From the human T2T-CHM13v2.0 reference genome, Homo sapiens, in the NCBI RefSeq assembly GCF_009914755.1, contig NC_060947.1: 64,000 nt of DNA, one strand, 5' to 3'. Shown one piece after another: positions 1-10,900 of the stretch (the first letter of the stretch is position 1; the number at the start of each line of letters is the position of its first letter). Under the pieces are notes generated by a model. It did no database searches. It was not told the DNA's origin and saw only the letters and a program-made list of their open reading frames with translations. The position numbers and the translations under genes are program-made.

Positions 1-379
1 CTGAGAATGCTTCCGTTTGCCTTTTATATGAAGTTCCTTCCTATACGACCGTAGGCCTCAAAGCAGTCCAAATCTCCATTTGCAGATTCTACCAAAAGAG
101 TGATTCCAATCTGCACTATCAATAGGATTGTTCAACTCCATGAGTTGAATGCCATCCTCACAAAGTCGTTTCTGAGAATGCTTCTATCTAGTTTTTATGT
201 GAAGATATTTCCTTTTCCACCACAGGCCTCAAGGCCCTCCAAACGTCCACTTGCAGATTCTCGAAAAAGAGTGTTTCATAGCCGCTCTTTCAAAAGGAAA
301 GTTCAACTCTGGGAGTTGAATACAAACATCACAAAGTAGTTTCCGAGAATGCTTCTGTTTAGTTCTTATGTGAAGATGA

Positions 380-396
380 TCCCGTTTCCAGTGAAA
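380..396 (-). other. Degenerate, predicted non-binding CENP-B box in B-type monomer M3
   Basis: tcccgtttccagtgaaa: the essential CGAA reads TGAA, and this is fixed in the HORs I read. Confidence 0.85.
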
Positions 397-550
397 TCTT
401 CAAAGAGGTCCACATATCCCCTTGCAGATTCCAAAGAAAGAGGGTTTCAAAACTGCTCCATCAAAAGGATTGTTCAACTCTGTGAGTTGAATGCAGTCAT
501 CGCAGAAAACTTTCTGAGAATGCTTCTGTCTAGGTTTGAGGTGAAGATAT

Positions 551-567
551 AGACGTTTCAAACGAAG
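551..567 (-). other. Degenerate, predicted non-binding CENP-B box in B-type monomer M4
   Basis: agacgtttcaaacgaag: the essential CCCG reads GACG. Confidence 0.82.
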
Positions 568-717
568 GCTACAAAGTGGTCAAAATATACACTTGCAGAT
601 TCTACTACAAGGGTGTTGCAAACCTGAACTATCAAAGGAAGGTTCAACTCTGTGAGTTGAATACAAACATCACAAAGAATGTTCTGAGTTTGCTTCCGTT
701 CAGTTATGGGAAGTTGA

Positions 718-734
718 TCCCGTTTCCAACGAAA
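718..734 (-). promoter_or_regulatory. CENP-B box (canonical), monomer M5; recurs at the same offset in each HOR
   Basis: + strand tcccgtttccaacgaaa is the reverse complement of TTTCGTTGGAAACGGGA. All 9 essential positions of NTTCGNNNNANNCGGGN are present. Confidence 0.95.
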
Positions 735-1228
735 TCCTCAGAGAGGTCCAAATATCCCCTTGCAGATTCTACAAAACGTGTGTTTGGAAACTGCTCCATC
801 ATAACGAATGTTCAGCTCTCTGAGTTAAACTCCATCGTCACAAAGAATTTTCTGAGAGTGCTACCGTCTGGTTTTTATATGAAGTTCTTCCCTTTACTAC
901 CACAGGCCTCAAAGCGGTCCAAATCTCCACTTGCAGATTCTACAAAAAGAGTGTTTGCAAACTGCTCTATCAAAAGGAATGTTCAACTCTGGGAGTTGAA
1001 TGCAATCATCACAGAGCAGTTTCTGAGAATGCTTCTATGTCGTTTTTAGGAGAAGATATTTCCTTTTCCAACACAGTCCTCCAAGCCCGCTAAATATCCA
1101 CTTGCACATTGTAGACAAAGTGTGTCGAAGCTGCGCTATCAAAGGGAAAGTTCAACTCTGTGAGGTGAATGCAAACATCCCAAAGAAGTTTCTGAGAATG
1201 CTTCCGTTTAGCTTTTAGGTGAAGATTA

Positions 1229-1245
1229 TCCCGTTTCCAACGAAA
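1229..1245 (-). promoter_or_regulatory. CENP-B box (canonical), monomer M8; recurs in each HOR
   Basis: + strand tcccgtttccaacgaaa; all 9 essential positions present. Confidence 0.95.
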
Positions 1246-1362
1246 TCTTCAAAGAGGTCCAAATATCCCCTTGCGGATCCCACAGAAAGAGTGTTTCGAA
1301 ACTGCTGTTTCAGAAGGAATCTTCAACTCTGTGAGTTGAATGCAATCATCACAAAGAAGTTT

Positions 1363-1548
1363 CTGACAATGCTTCTCTCTCGTCTTTCTGTGAAGATAAA
1401 GGAAAAGGCTTTCAGGCCTTTTCCACCACAGGCCTGAAAGCGCTCCAAATGTCCACTTGCAGATTCTGCCAAAAGAATATTTCAAAACTGCTCTATGAAA
1501 AGCAATGTTAAACTCTGCGGCTCGAACACAAACATCACAAAGCAGTTT
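1363..1548. repeat. 186-bp alphoid monomer M9 with a net 15-bp insertion containing inverted repeats; one per HOR
   Basis: M9 reads gtgaagata-aaggaaaaggctttcagg-ccttttccacc, whereas M2 reads gtgaagata-ttt-ccttttccacc. Confidence 0.92.
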
Positions 1549-1585
1549 CTGAGAATGCTTCAGTTTAGTTTTTCTGTGGAAATAT

Positions 1586-1602
1586 TCCCGTTTCCAAAGA
1601 AA
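1586..1602 (-). other. Degenerate, predicted non-binding CENP-B box in B-type monomer M10
   Basis: tcccgtttccaaagaaa: the essential CGAA reads AGAA. Confidence 0.85.
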
Positions 1603-1756
1603 TCTTCAAAGAGGTCCACGTACCCGCTTACAGATTCTACAAAAAGACAGTTTCAAAACTGCTCAATCAAAAGGAGGGTTCAACCGTGTGACTTGAATGC
1701 AATCATCACGCAGAAGTTTCTGAGAATGCTTCTCTTTAGTTTTTACGTGAACATAT

Positions 1757-1773
1757 ACCCGTTTCGAACGAAG
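1757..1773 (-). promoter_or_regulatory. CENP-B box (variant, essential bases intact), monomer M11; recurs in each HOR
   Basis: + strand acccgtttcgaacgaag matches NCCCGNNTNNNNCGAAN. Confidence 0.88.
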
Positions 1774-1923
1774 GCCACCCAGTGGTCCAAATATCCACTT
1801 GCAGATTCTACAGAAAGAGTGTTTCGAACCTGAACTCTCAAAGGCAGGTTCATCTCTGCGAGTTCAATGCATTCATCATGAAGAACTTTCTCAGAGTGTT
1901 TGTGTTTAGGTATGGGAAATTAT

Positions 1924-1940
1924 TCCCGTTTCCAACGAAA
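1924..1940 (-). promoter_or_regulatory. CENP-B box (canonical), monomer M12; recurs in each HOR
   Basis: + strand tcccgtttccaacgaaa; all 9 essential positions present. Confidence 0.95.
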
Positions 1941-4900
1941 TCCTCAGAGAGGTCCAAATATCCACCTGCAGATTCTACCAAAAGTGTATTTGGAAACTGC
2001 TCCATCAAAAGGCATGTTCAGCTCTATGAGTCAAACTCCATCATCACAAAGAATATTCTGAGAATGCTTCCGTTTGCCTTTTATATGAAGTTCCTTCCTA
2101 TACTACCGTAGGCCTCAAAGCAGTCCAAATCTCCATTTGCAGATTCTACCAAAAGAGTGATTCCAATCTGCTCTATCAATAGGATTGTTCAACTCCATGA
2201 GTTGAATGCCATCCTCACAAAGTCGTTTCTGAGAATGCTTCTATCTAGTTTTTATGTGAAGATATTTCCTTTTCCACCACAGGCCTCAAGGCCCTCAAAA
2301 CGTCCACTTGCAGATTCTCGAAAAAGAGTGTTTCATAGCCGCTCTTTCAAAAGGAAAGTTCAACTCTGGGAGTTGAATACAAACATCACAAAGTAGTTTC
2401 CGAGAATGCTTCTGTTTAGTTCTTATGTGAAGATGATCCCGTTTCCAGTGAAATCTTCAAAGAGGTCCACATATCCCCTTGCAGATTCCAAAGAAAGAGG
2501 GTTTCAAAACTGCTCCATCAAAAGGATTGTTCAACTCTGTGAGTTGAATGCAGTCATCGCAGAAAACTTTCTGAGAATGCTTCTGTCTAGGTTTGAGGTG
2601 AAGATATAGACGTTTCAAACGAAGGCTACAAAGTGGTCAAAATATACACTTGCAGATTCTACTACAAGGGTGTTGCAAACCTGAACTATCAAAGGAAGGT
2701 TCAACTCTGTGAGTTGAATACAAACATCACAAAGAATGTTCTGAGTTTGCTTCCGTTCAGTTATGGGAAGTTGATCCCGTTCCCAACGAAATCCTCAGAG
2801 AGGACCAAATATCCCCTTGCAGATTCTACAAAACGTGTGTTTGGAAACTGCTCCATCATAACGAATGTTCAGCTCTCTGAGTTAAACTCCATCGTCACAA
2901 AGAATTTTCTGAGAGTGCTACCGTCTGGTTTTTATATGAAGTTCTTCCCTTTACTACCACAGGCCTCAAAGCGGTCCAAATCTCCACTTGCAGATTCTAC
3001 AAAAAGAGTGTTTGCAAACTGCTCTATCAAAAGGAATGTTCAACTCTGGGAGTTGAATGCAATCATCACAGAGCAGTTTCTGAGAATGCTTCTATGTCGT
3101 TTTTAGGAGAAGATATTTCCTTTTCCAACACAGTCCTCCAAGCCCGCTAAATATCCACTTGCACATTGTAAAAAAAGTGTGTCGAAGCTGCGCTATCAAA
3201 GGGAAAGTTCAACTCTGTGAGGTGAATGCAAACATCCCAAAGAAGTTTCTGAGAATGCTTCCGTTTAGCTTTTAGGTGAAGATTATCCCGTTTCCAACGA
3301 AATCTTCAAAGAGGTCCAAATATCCCCTTGCGGATCCCACAGAAAGAGTGTTTTGAAACTGCTGTTTCAGAAGGAATCTTCAACTCTGTGAGTTGAATGC
3401 AATCATCACAAAGAAGTTTCTGACAATGCTTCTCTCTCGTCTTTCTGTGAAGATAAAGGAAAAGGCTTTCAGGCCTTTTCCACCACAGGCCTTAAAGCGC
3501 TCCAAATGTCCACTTGCAGATTCTGCCAAAAGAATATTTCAAAACTGCTCTATGAAAAGCAATGTTAAACTCTGCGGCTCGAACACAAACATCACAAAGC
3601 AGTTTCTGAGAATGCTTCAGTTTAGTTTTTCTGTGGAAATATTCCCGTTTCCAAAGAAATCTTCAAAGAGGTCCACGTACCCGCTTACAGATTCTACAAA
3701 AAGACAGTTTCAAAACTGCTCAATCAAAAGGAGTGTTCAACCGTGTGACTTGAATGCAATCATCACGCAGAAGTTTCTGAGAATGCTTCTCTTTAGTTTT
3801 TACGTGAACATATACCCGTTTCGAATGAAGGCCACCCAGTGGTCCAAATATCCACTTGCAGATTCTACATAAAGAGTGTTTCGAACCTGAACTCTCAAAG
3901 GCAGGTTCATCTCTGCGAGTTCAATGCATTCATCATGAAGAACTTTCTCAGAGTGTTTTTGTTTAGGTATGGGAAATTATTCCCGTTTCCAACGAAATCC
4001 TCAGAGAGGTCCAAATATCCACCTGCAGATTCTACCAAAAGTGTATTTGGAAACTGCTCCATCAAAAGGCATGTTCAGCTCTGTGAGTGAAACTCCATCA
4101 TCACAAAGAATATTCTGAGAATGCTTCCGTTTGCCTTTTATATGAAGTTCCTTCCTATACTACCGTAGGCCTCAAAGCAGTCCAAATCTCCATTTGCAGA
4201 TCCTACAAAAAGAGTGATTCCAATCTGCTCTATCAATAGGATTGTTCAACTCCATGAGTTGAATGCCATCCTCACAAAGTAGTCTCTGAGAATGCTTCTA
4301 TCTAGTTTTTATGTGAAGATATTTCCTTTTCCACCACAGGCCTCAAAGCCCTCCAAACGTCCACTTGCAGATTCTCGAAAAAGAGTGTTTCATAGCTGCT
4401 CTTTCAAAAGGAAAGTTCAACTCTGGGAGTTGAATACAAACATCACAAAGTAGTTTCTGAGAATGCTTCTGTTTAGTTCTTATGTGAAGATGATCCCGTT
4501 TCCAGTGAAATCTTCAAAGAGGTCCACATATCCCCTTGCAGATTCCAAAGAAAGAGGGTTTCAAAACTGCTCCATCAAAAGGATTGTTCAACTCTGTGAG
4601 TTGAATGCAGTCATCGCAGAAAACTTTCTGAGAATGCTTCTGTCTAGGTTTGAGGTGAAGATATAGACGTTTCAAACGAAGGCTACAAAGTGGTCAAAAT
4701 ATACACTTGCAGATTCTACTACAAGGGTGTTGCAAACCTGAACTATCAAAGGAAGGTTCAACTCTGTGAGTTGAATACAAACATCACAAAGAATGTTCTG
4801 AGTTTGCTTCCGTTCAGTTATGGGAAGTTGATCCCGTTTCCAACGAAATCCTCAGAGAGGTCAAAATATCCCCTTGCAGATTCTACAAAACGTGTGTTTG

Positions 4901-7900
4901 GAAACTGCTCCATCATAACGAATGTTCAGCTCTCTGAGTTAAACTCCATAGTCACAAAGAATTTTCTGAGAGTGCTACCGTCTGGTTTTTATATGAAGTT
5001 CTTTCCTTTATTACCACAGGCCTCAAAGCGGTCCAAATCTCCACTTGCAGATTCTACAAAAAGAGTGTTTGCAAACTGCTCTATCAAAAGGAATGTTCAA
5101 CTCTGGGAGTTGAATGCAATCATCACAGAGCAGTTTCTGAGAATGCTTCTATGTCGTTTTTAGGAGAAGATATTTCCTTTTCCAACACAGTCCTCCAAGC
5201 CCGCTAAATATCCACTTGCACATTGTAGAAAAAGTGTGTCGAAGCTGCGCTATCAAAGGGAAAGTTCAACTCTGTGAGGTGAATGCAAACATCCCAAAGA
5301 AGTTTCTGAGAATGCTTCCGTTTAGCTTTTAGGTGAAGATTATCCCGTTTCCAACGAAATCTTCAAAGAGGTCCAAATATCCCCTTGCGGATCCCACAGA
5401 AAGAGTGTTTCGAAACTGCTGTTTCAAAAGGAATCTTCAACTCTGTGGGTTGAATGCAATCATCACAAAGAAGTTTCTGACAATGCTTCTCTCTCGTCTT
5501 TCTGTGAAGATAAAGGAAAAGGCTTTCAGGCCTTTTCCACCACAGGCCTGAAAGCGCTCCAAATGTCCACTTGCAGATTCTGCCAAAAGAATATTTCAAA
5601 ACTGCTCTATGAAAAGCAATGTTAAACTCTGCGGCTCGAACACAAACATCACAAAGCAGTTTCTGAGAATGCTTCAGTTTAGTTTTTCTGTGGAAATATT
5701 CCCATTTCCAAAGAAATCTTCAAAGAGGTCCACGTATCCACTTACAGATTCTACAAAAAGACAGTTTCAAAACTGCTCAATCAAAAGGAGGGTTCAACCG
5801 TGTGACTTGAATGCAATCATCACTCAGAAGTTTCTGAGAATGCTTCTCTTTAGTTTTTACGTGAACATATACCCGTTTCGAACGAAGGCCACCCAGTGGT
5901 CCAAATATCCACTTGCAGATTCTACAGAAAGAGTGTTTCGAACCTGAACTCTCAAAGGCAGGTTCATCTCTGCGAGTTCAATGCATTCATCATGAAGAAC
6001 TTTCTCAGAGTGTTTGTGTTTAGGTATGGGAAATTATTCCCGTTTCCAACGAAATCTTCAGAGAGGTCCAAATATCCACCTGCAGATTCTACCAAAAGTG
6101 TATTTGGAAACTGCTCCATCAAAAGGCATGTTCAGCTCTGTGAGTGAAACTCCATCATCACAAAGAATATTCTGAGAATGCTTCCGTTTGCCTTTTATAT
6201 GAAGTTCCTTCCTATACTACCGTAGGCCTCAAAGCAGTCCAAATCTCCATTTGCAGATTCTACCAAAAGAGTGATTCCAATCTGCTCTATCAATAGGATT
6301 GTTCAACTCCATGAGTTGAATGCCATCCTCACAAAGTCGTTTCTGAGAATGCTTCTATCTAGTTTTTATGTGAAGATATTTCCTTTTCCACCACAGGCCT
6401 CAAAGCCCTCCAAACGTCCACTTGCAGATTCTCGAAAAAGAGTGTTTCATAGCCGCTCTTTCAAAAGGAAAGTTCAACTCTGGGAGTTGAATACAAACAT
6501 CACAAAGTAGTTTCCGAGAATGCTTCTGTTTAGTTCTTATGTGAAGATGATCCCGTTTCCAGTGAAATCTTCAAAGAGGTCCACATATCCCCTTGCAGAT
6601 TCCAAAGAAAGAGGGTTTCAAAACTGCTCCATCAAAAGGATTGTTCAACTCTGTGAGTTGAATGCAGTCATCGCAGAAAACTTTCTGAGAATGCTTCTGT
6701 CTAGGTTTCAGGTGAAGATATAGACGTTTCAAACGAAGGCTACAAAGTGGTCAAAATATACACTTGCAGATTCTACTACAAGGGTGTTGCAAACCTGAAC
6801 TATCAAAGGAAGGTTCAACTCTGTGAGTTGAATACAAACATCACAAAGAATGTTCTGAGTTTGCTTCCGTTCAGTTATGGGAAGTTGATCCCGTTTCCAA
6901 CGAAATCCTCAGAGAGGTCCAAATATCCCCTTGCAGATTCTACAAAACGTGTGTTTGGAAACTGCTCCATCATAACGAATGTTCAGCTCTCTGAGTTAAA
7001 CTCCATCGTCACAAAGAATTTTCTGAGAGTGCTACCGTCTGGTTTTTATATGAAGTTCTTTCCTTTACTACCACAGGCCTCAAAGCGGTCCAAATCTCCA
7101 CTTGCAGATTCTACAAAAAGAGTGTTTGCAAACTGCTCTATCAAAAGGAATGTTCAACTCTGGGAGTTGAATGCAATCATCACAGAGCAGTTTCTGAGAA
7201 TGCTTCTATGTCGTTTTTAGGAGAAGATATTTCCTTTTCCAACACAGTCCTCCAAGCCCGCTAAATATCCACTTGCACATTGTAGAAAAAGTGTGTCGAA
7301 GCTGTGCTATCAAAGGGAAAGTTCAACTCTGTGAGGTGAATGCAAACATCCCAAAGAAGTTTCTGAGAATGCTTCCGTTTAGCTTTTAGGTGAAGATTAT
7401 CCCGTTTCCAACGAAATCTTCAAAGAGGTCCAAATATCCCCTTGCGGATCCCACAGAAAGAGTGTTTCGAAACTGCTGTTTCAAAAGGAATCTTCAACTC
7501 TGTGAGTTGAATGCAATCATCACAAAGAAGTTTCTGACAATGCTTCTCTCTCGTCTTTCTGTGAAGATAAAGGAAAAGGCTTTCAGGCCTTTTCCACCAC
7601 AGGCCTGAAAGCGCTCCAAATGTCCACTTGCAGATTCTGCCAAAAGAATATTTCAAAACTGCTTTATGAAAAGCAATGTTAAACTCTGCGGCTCGAACAC
7701 AAACATCACAAAGCAGTTTCTGAGAATGCTTCAGTTTAGTTTTTCTGTGGAAATATTCCCGTTTCCAAAGAAATCTTCAAAGAGGTCCACGTATCCACTT
7801 ACAGATTCTACAAAAAGACAGTTTCAAAACTGCTCAATCAAAAGGAGGGTTCAAACGTGTGACTTGAATGCAATCATCACGCAGAAGTTTCTGAGAATGC

Positions 7901-10900
7901 TTCTCTTTAGTTTTTACGTGAACATATACCCGATTTGAACGAAGGCCACCCAGTGGTCCAAATATCCACTTGCAGATTCTACAGAAAGAGTGTTTCGAAT
8001 CTGAACTCTCAAAGGCAGGTTCATCTCTGCGAGTTCAATGCATTCATCATGAAGAACTTTCTCAGAGTGTTTGTGTTTAGGTATGGGAAATTATTCCCGT
8101 TTCCAACGAAATCCTCAGAGAGGTCCAAATATCCACCTGCAGATTCTACCAAAAGTGTATTTGGAAACTGCTCCATCAAAAGGCATGTTCAGCTCTGTGA
8201 GTCAAACTCCATCATCACAAAGAATATTCTGAGAATGCTTCCGTTTGCCTTTTATATGAAGTTCCTTCCTATACTACCGTAGGCCTCAAAGCAGTCCAAA
8301 TCTCCATTTGCAGATTCTACCAAAAGAGTGATTCCAATCTGCACTATCAATAGGATTGTTCAACTCCATGAGTTGAATGCCATCCTCACAAAGTCGTTTC
8401 TGAGAATGCTTCTATCTAGTTTTTATGTGAAGATATTTCCTTTTCCACCACAGGCCTCAAGGCCCTCCAAACGTCCACTTGCAGATTCTCGAAAAAGAGT
8501 GTTTCATAGCCGCTCTTTCAAAAGGAAAGTTCAACTCTGGGAGTTGAATACAAACATCACAAAGTAGTTTCCGAGAATGCTTCTGTTTAGTTCTTATGTG
8601 AAGATGATCCCGTTTCCAGTGAAATCTTCAAAGAGGTCCACATATCCCCTTGCAGATTCCAAAGAAAGAGGGTTTCAAAACTGCTCCATCAAAAGGATTG
8701 TTCAACTCTGTGAGTTGAATGCAGTCATCGCAGAAAACTTTCTGAGAATGCTTCTGTCTAGGTTTGAGGTGAAGATATAGACGTTTCAAACGAAGGCTAC
8801 AAAGTGGTCAAAATATACACTTGCAGATTCTACTACAAGGGTGTTGCAAACCTGAACTATCAAAGGAAGGTTCAACTCTGTGAGTTGAATACAAACATCA
8901 CAAAGAATGTTCTGAGTTTGCTTCCGTTCAGTTATGGGAAGTTGATCCCGTTTCCAACGAAATCCTCAGAGAGGTCCAAATATCCCCTTGCAGATTCTAC
9001 AAAACGTGTGTTTGGAAACTGCTCCATCATAACGAATGTTCAGCTCTCTGAGTTAAACTCCATCGTCACAAAGAATTTTCTGAGAGTGCTACCGTCTGGT
9101 TTTTATATGAAGTTCTTCCCTTTACTACCACAGGCCTCAAAGCGGTCCAAATCTCCACTTGCAGATTCTACAAAAAGAGTGTTTGCAAACTGCTCTATCA
9201 AAAGGAATGTTCAACTCTGGGAGTTGAATGCAATCATCACAGAGCAGTTTCTGAGAATGCTTCTATGTCGTTTTTAGGAGAAGATATTTCCTTTTCCAAC
9301 ACAGTCCTCCAAGCCCGCTAAATATCCACTTGCACATTGTAGACAAAGTGTGTCGAAGCTGCGCTATCAAAGGGAAAGTTCAACTCTGTGAGGTGAATGC
9401 AAACATCCCAAAGAAGTTTCTGAGAATGCTTCCGTTTAGCTTTTAGGTGAAGATTATCCCGTTTCCAACGAAATCTTCAAAGAGGTCCAAATATCCCCTT
9501 GCGGATCCCACAGAAAGAGTGTTTCGAAACTGCTGTTTCAGAAGGAATCTTCAACTCTGTGAGTTGAATGCAATCATCACAAAGAAGTTTCTGACAATGC
9601 TTCTCTCTCGTCTTTCTGTGAAGATAAAGGAAAAGGCTTTCAGGCCTTTTCCACCACAGGCCTGAAAGCGCTCCAAATGTCCACTTGCAGATTCTGCCAA
9701 AAGAATATTTCAAAACTGCTCTATGAAAAGCAATGTTAAACTCTGCGGCTCGAACACAAACATCACAAAGCAGTTTCTGAGAATGCTTCAGTTTAGTTTT
9801 TCTGTGGAAATATTCCCGTTTCCAAAGAAATCTTCAAAGAGGTCCACGTACCCGCTTACAGATTCTACAAAAAGACAGTTTCAAAACTGCTCAATCAAAA
9901 GGAGGGTTCAACCGTGTGACTTGAATGCAATCATCACGCAGAAGTTTCTGAGAATGCTTCTCTTTAGTTTTTACGTGAACATATACCCGTTTCGAACGAA
10001 GGCCACCCAGTGGTCCAAATATCCACTTGCAGATTCTACAGAAAGAGTGTTTCGAACCTGAACTCTCAAAGGCAGGTTCATCTCTGCGAGTTCAATGCAT
10101 TCATCATGAAGAACTTTCTCAGAGTGTTTGTGTTTAGGTATGGGAAATTATTCCCGTTTCCAACGAAATCCTCAGAGAGGTCCAAATATCCACCTGCAGA
10201 TTCTACCAAAAGTGTATTTGGAAACTGCTCCATCAAAAGGCATGTTCAGCTCTGTGAGTCAAACTCCATCATCACAAAGAATATTCTGAGAATGCTTCCG
10301 TTTGCCTTTTATATGAAGTTCCTTCCTATACTACCGTAGGCCTCAAAGCAGTCCAAATCTCCATTTGCAGATTCTACCAAAAGAGTGATTCCAATCTGCT
10401 CTATCAATAGGATTGTTCAACTCCATGAGTTGAATGCCATCCTCACAAAGTCGTTTCTGAGAATGCTTCTATCTAGTTTTTATGTGAAGATATTTCCTTT
10501 TCCACCACAGGCCTCAAGGCCCTCAAAACGTCCACTTGCAGATTCTCGAAAAAGAGTGTTTCATAGCCGCTCTTTCAAAAGGAAAGTTCAACTCTGGGAG
10601 TTGAATACAAACATCACAAAGTAGTTTCCGAGAATGCTTCTGTTTAGTTCTTATGTGAAGATGATCCCGTTTCCAGTGAAATCTTCAAAGAGGTCCACAT
10701 ATCCCCTTGCAGATTCCAAAGAAAGAGGGTTTCAAAACTGCTCCATCAAAAGGATTGTTCAACTCTGTGAGTTGAATGCAGTCATCGCAGAAAACTTTCT
10801 GAGAATGCTTCTGTCTAGGTTTGAGGTGAAGATATAGACGTTTCAAACGAAGGCTACAAAGTGGTCAAAATATACACTTGCAGATTCTACTACAAGGGTG

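Larger units (their letters stand above)
1..2057. repeat. Representative HOR unit H1: 12 alphoid monomers M1-M12
   Basis: Anchoring on the ctgagaatg-like motif, monomers start at 1, 172, 343, 514, 684, 852, 1023, 1192, 1363, 1549, 1720 and 1890. Lengths are 171, 171, 171, 170, 168, 171, 169, 171, 186, 171, 170 and 168, which sum to 2057. Box types run A A B B B A A B A B B B. Confidence 0.95.

Noticed and set aside
1401-1424. M9 hairpin as an intrinsic transcription terminator
   Set aside because: The context is eukaryotic satellite, with no upstream gene and no U-tract after the stem.
1293-2059. Short perfect palindromes gtttcgaaac (1293-1302) and agaatattct (2050-2059)
   Set aside because: Ten-bp palindromes are expected by chance about twice per 2 kb and are too short for a stable cruciform.
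7928-7944. H4 M11 box variant acccgatttgaacgaag as a lost CENP-B box
   Set aside because: Both changes fall on non-essential positions and the 9-base core is intact. The same applies to H15 M8 (tttgcaacg) and H28 M5 (tttcctacg).
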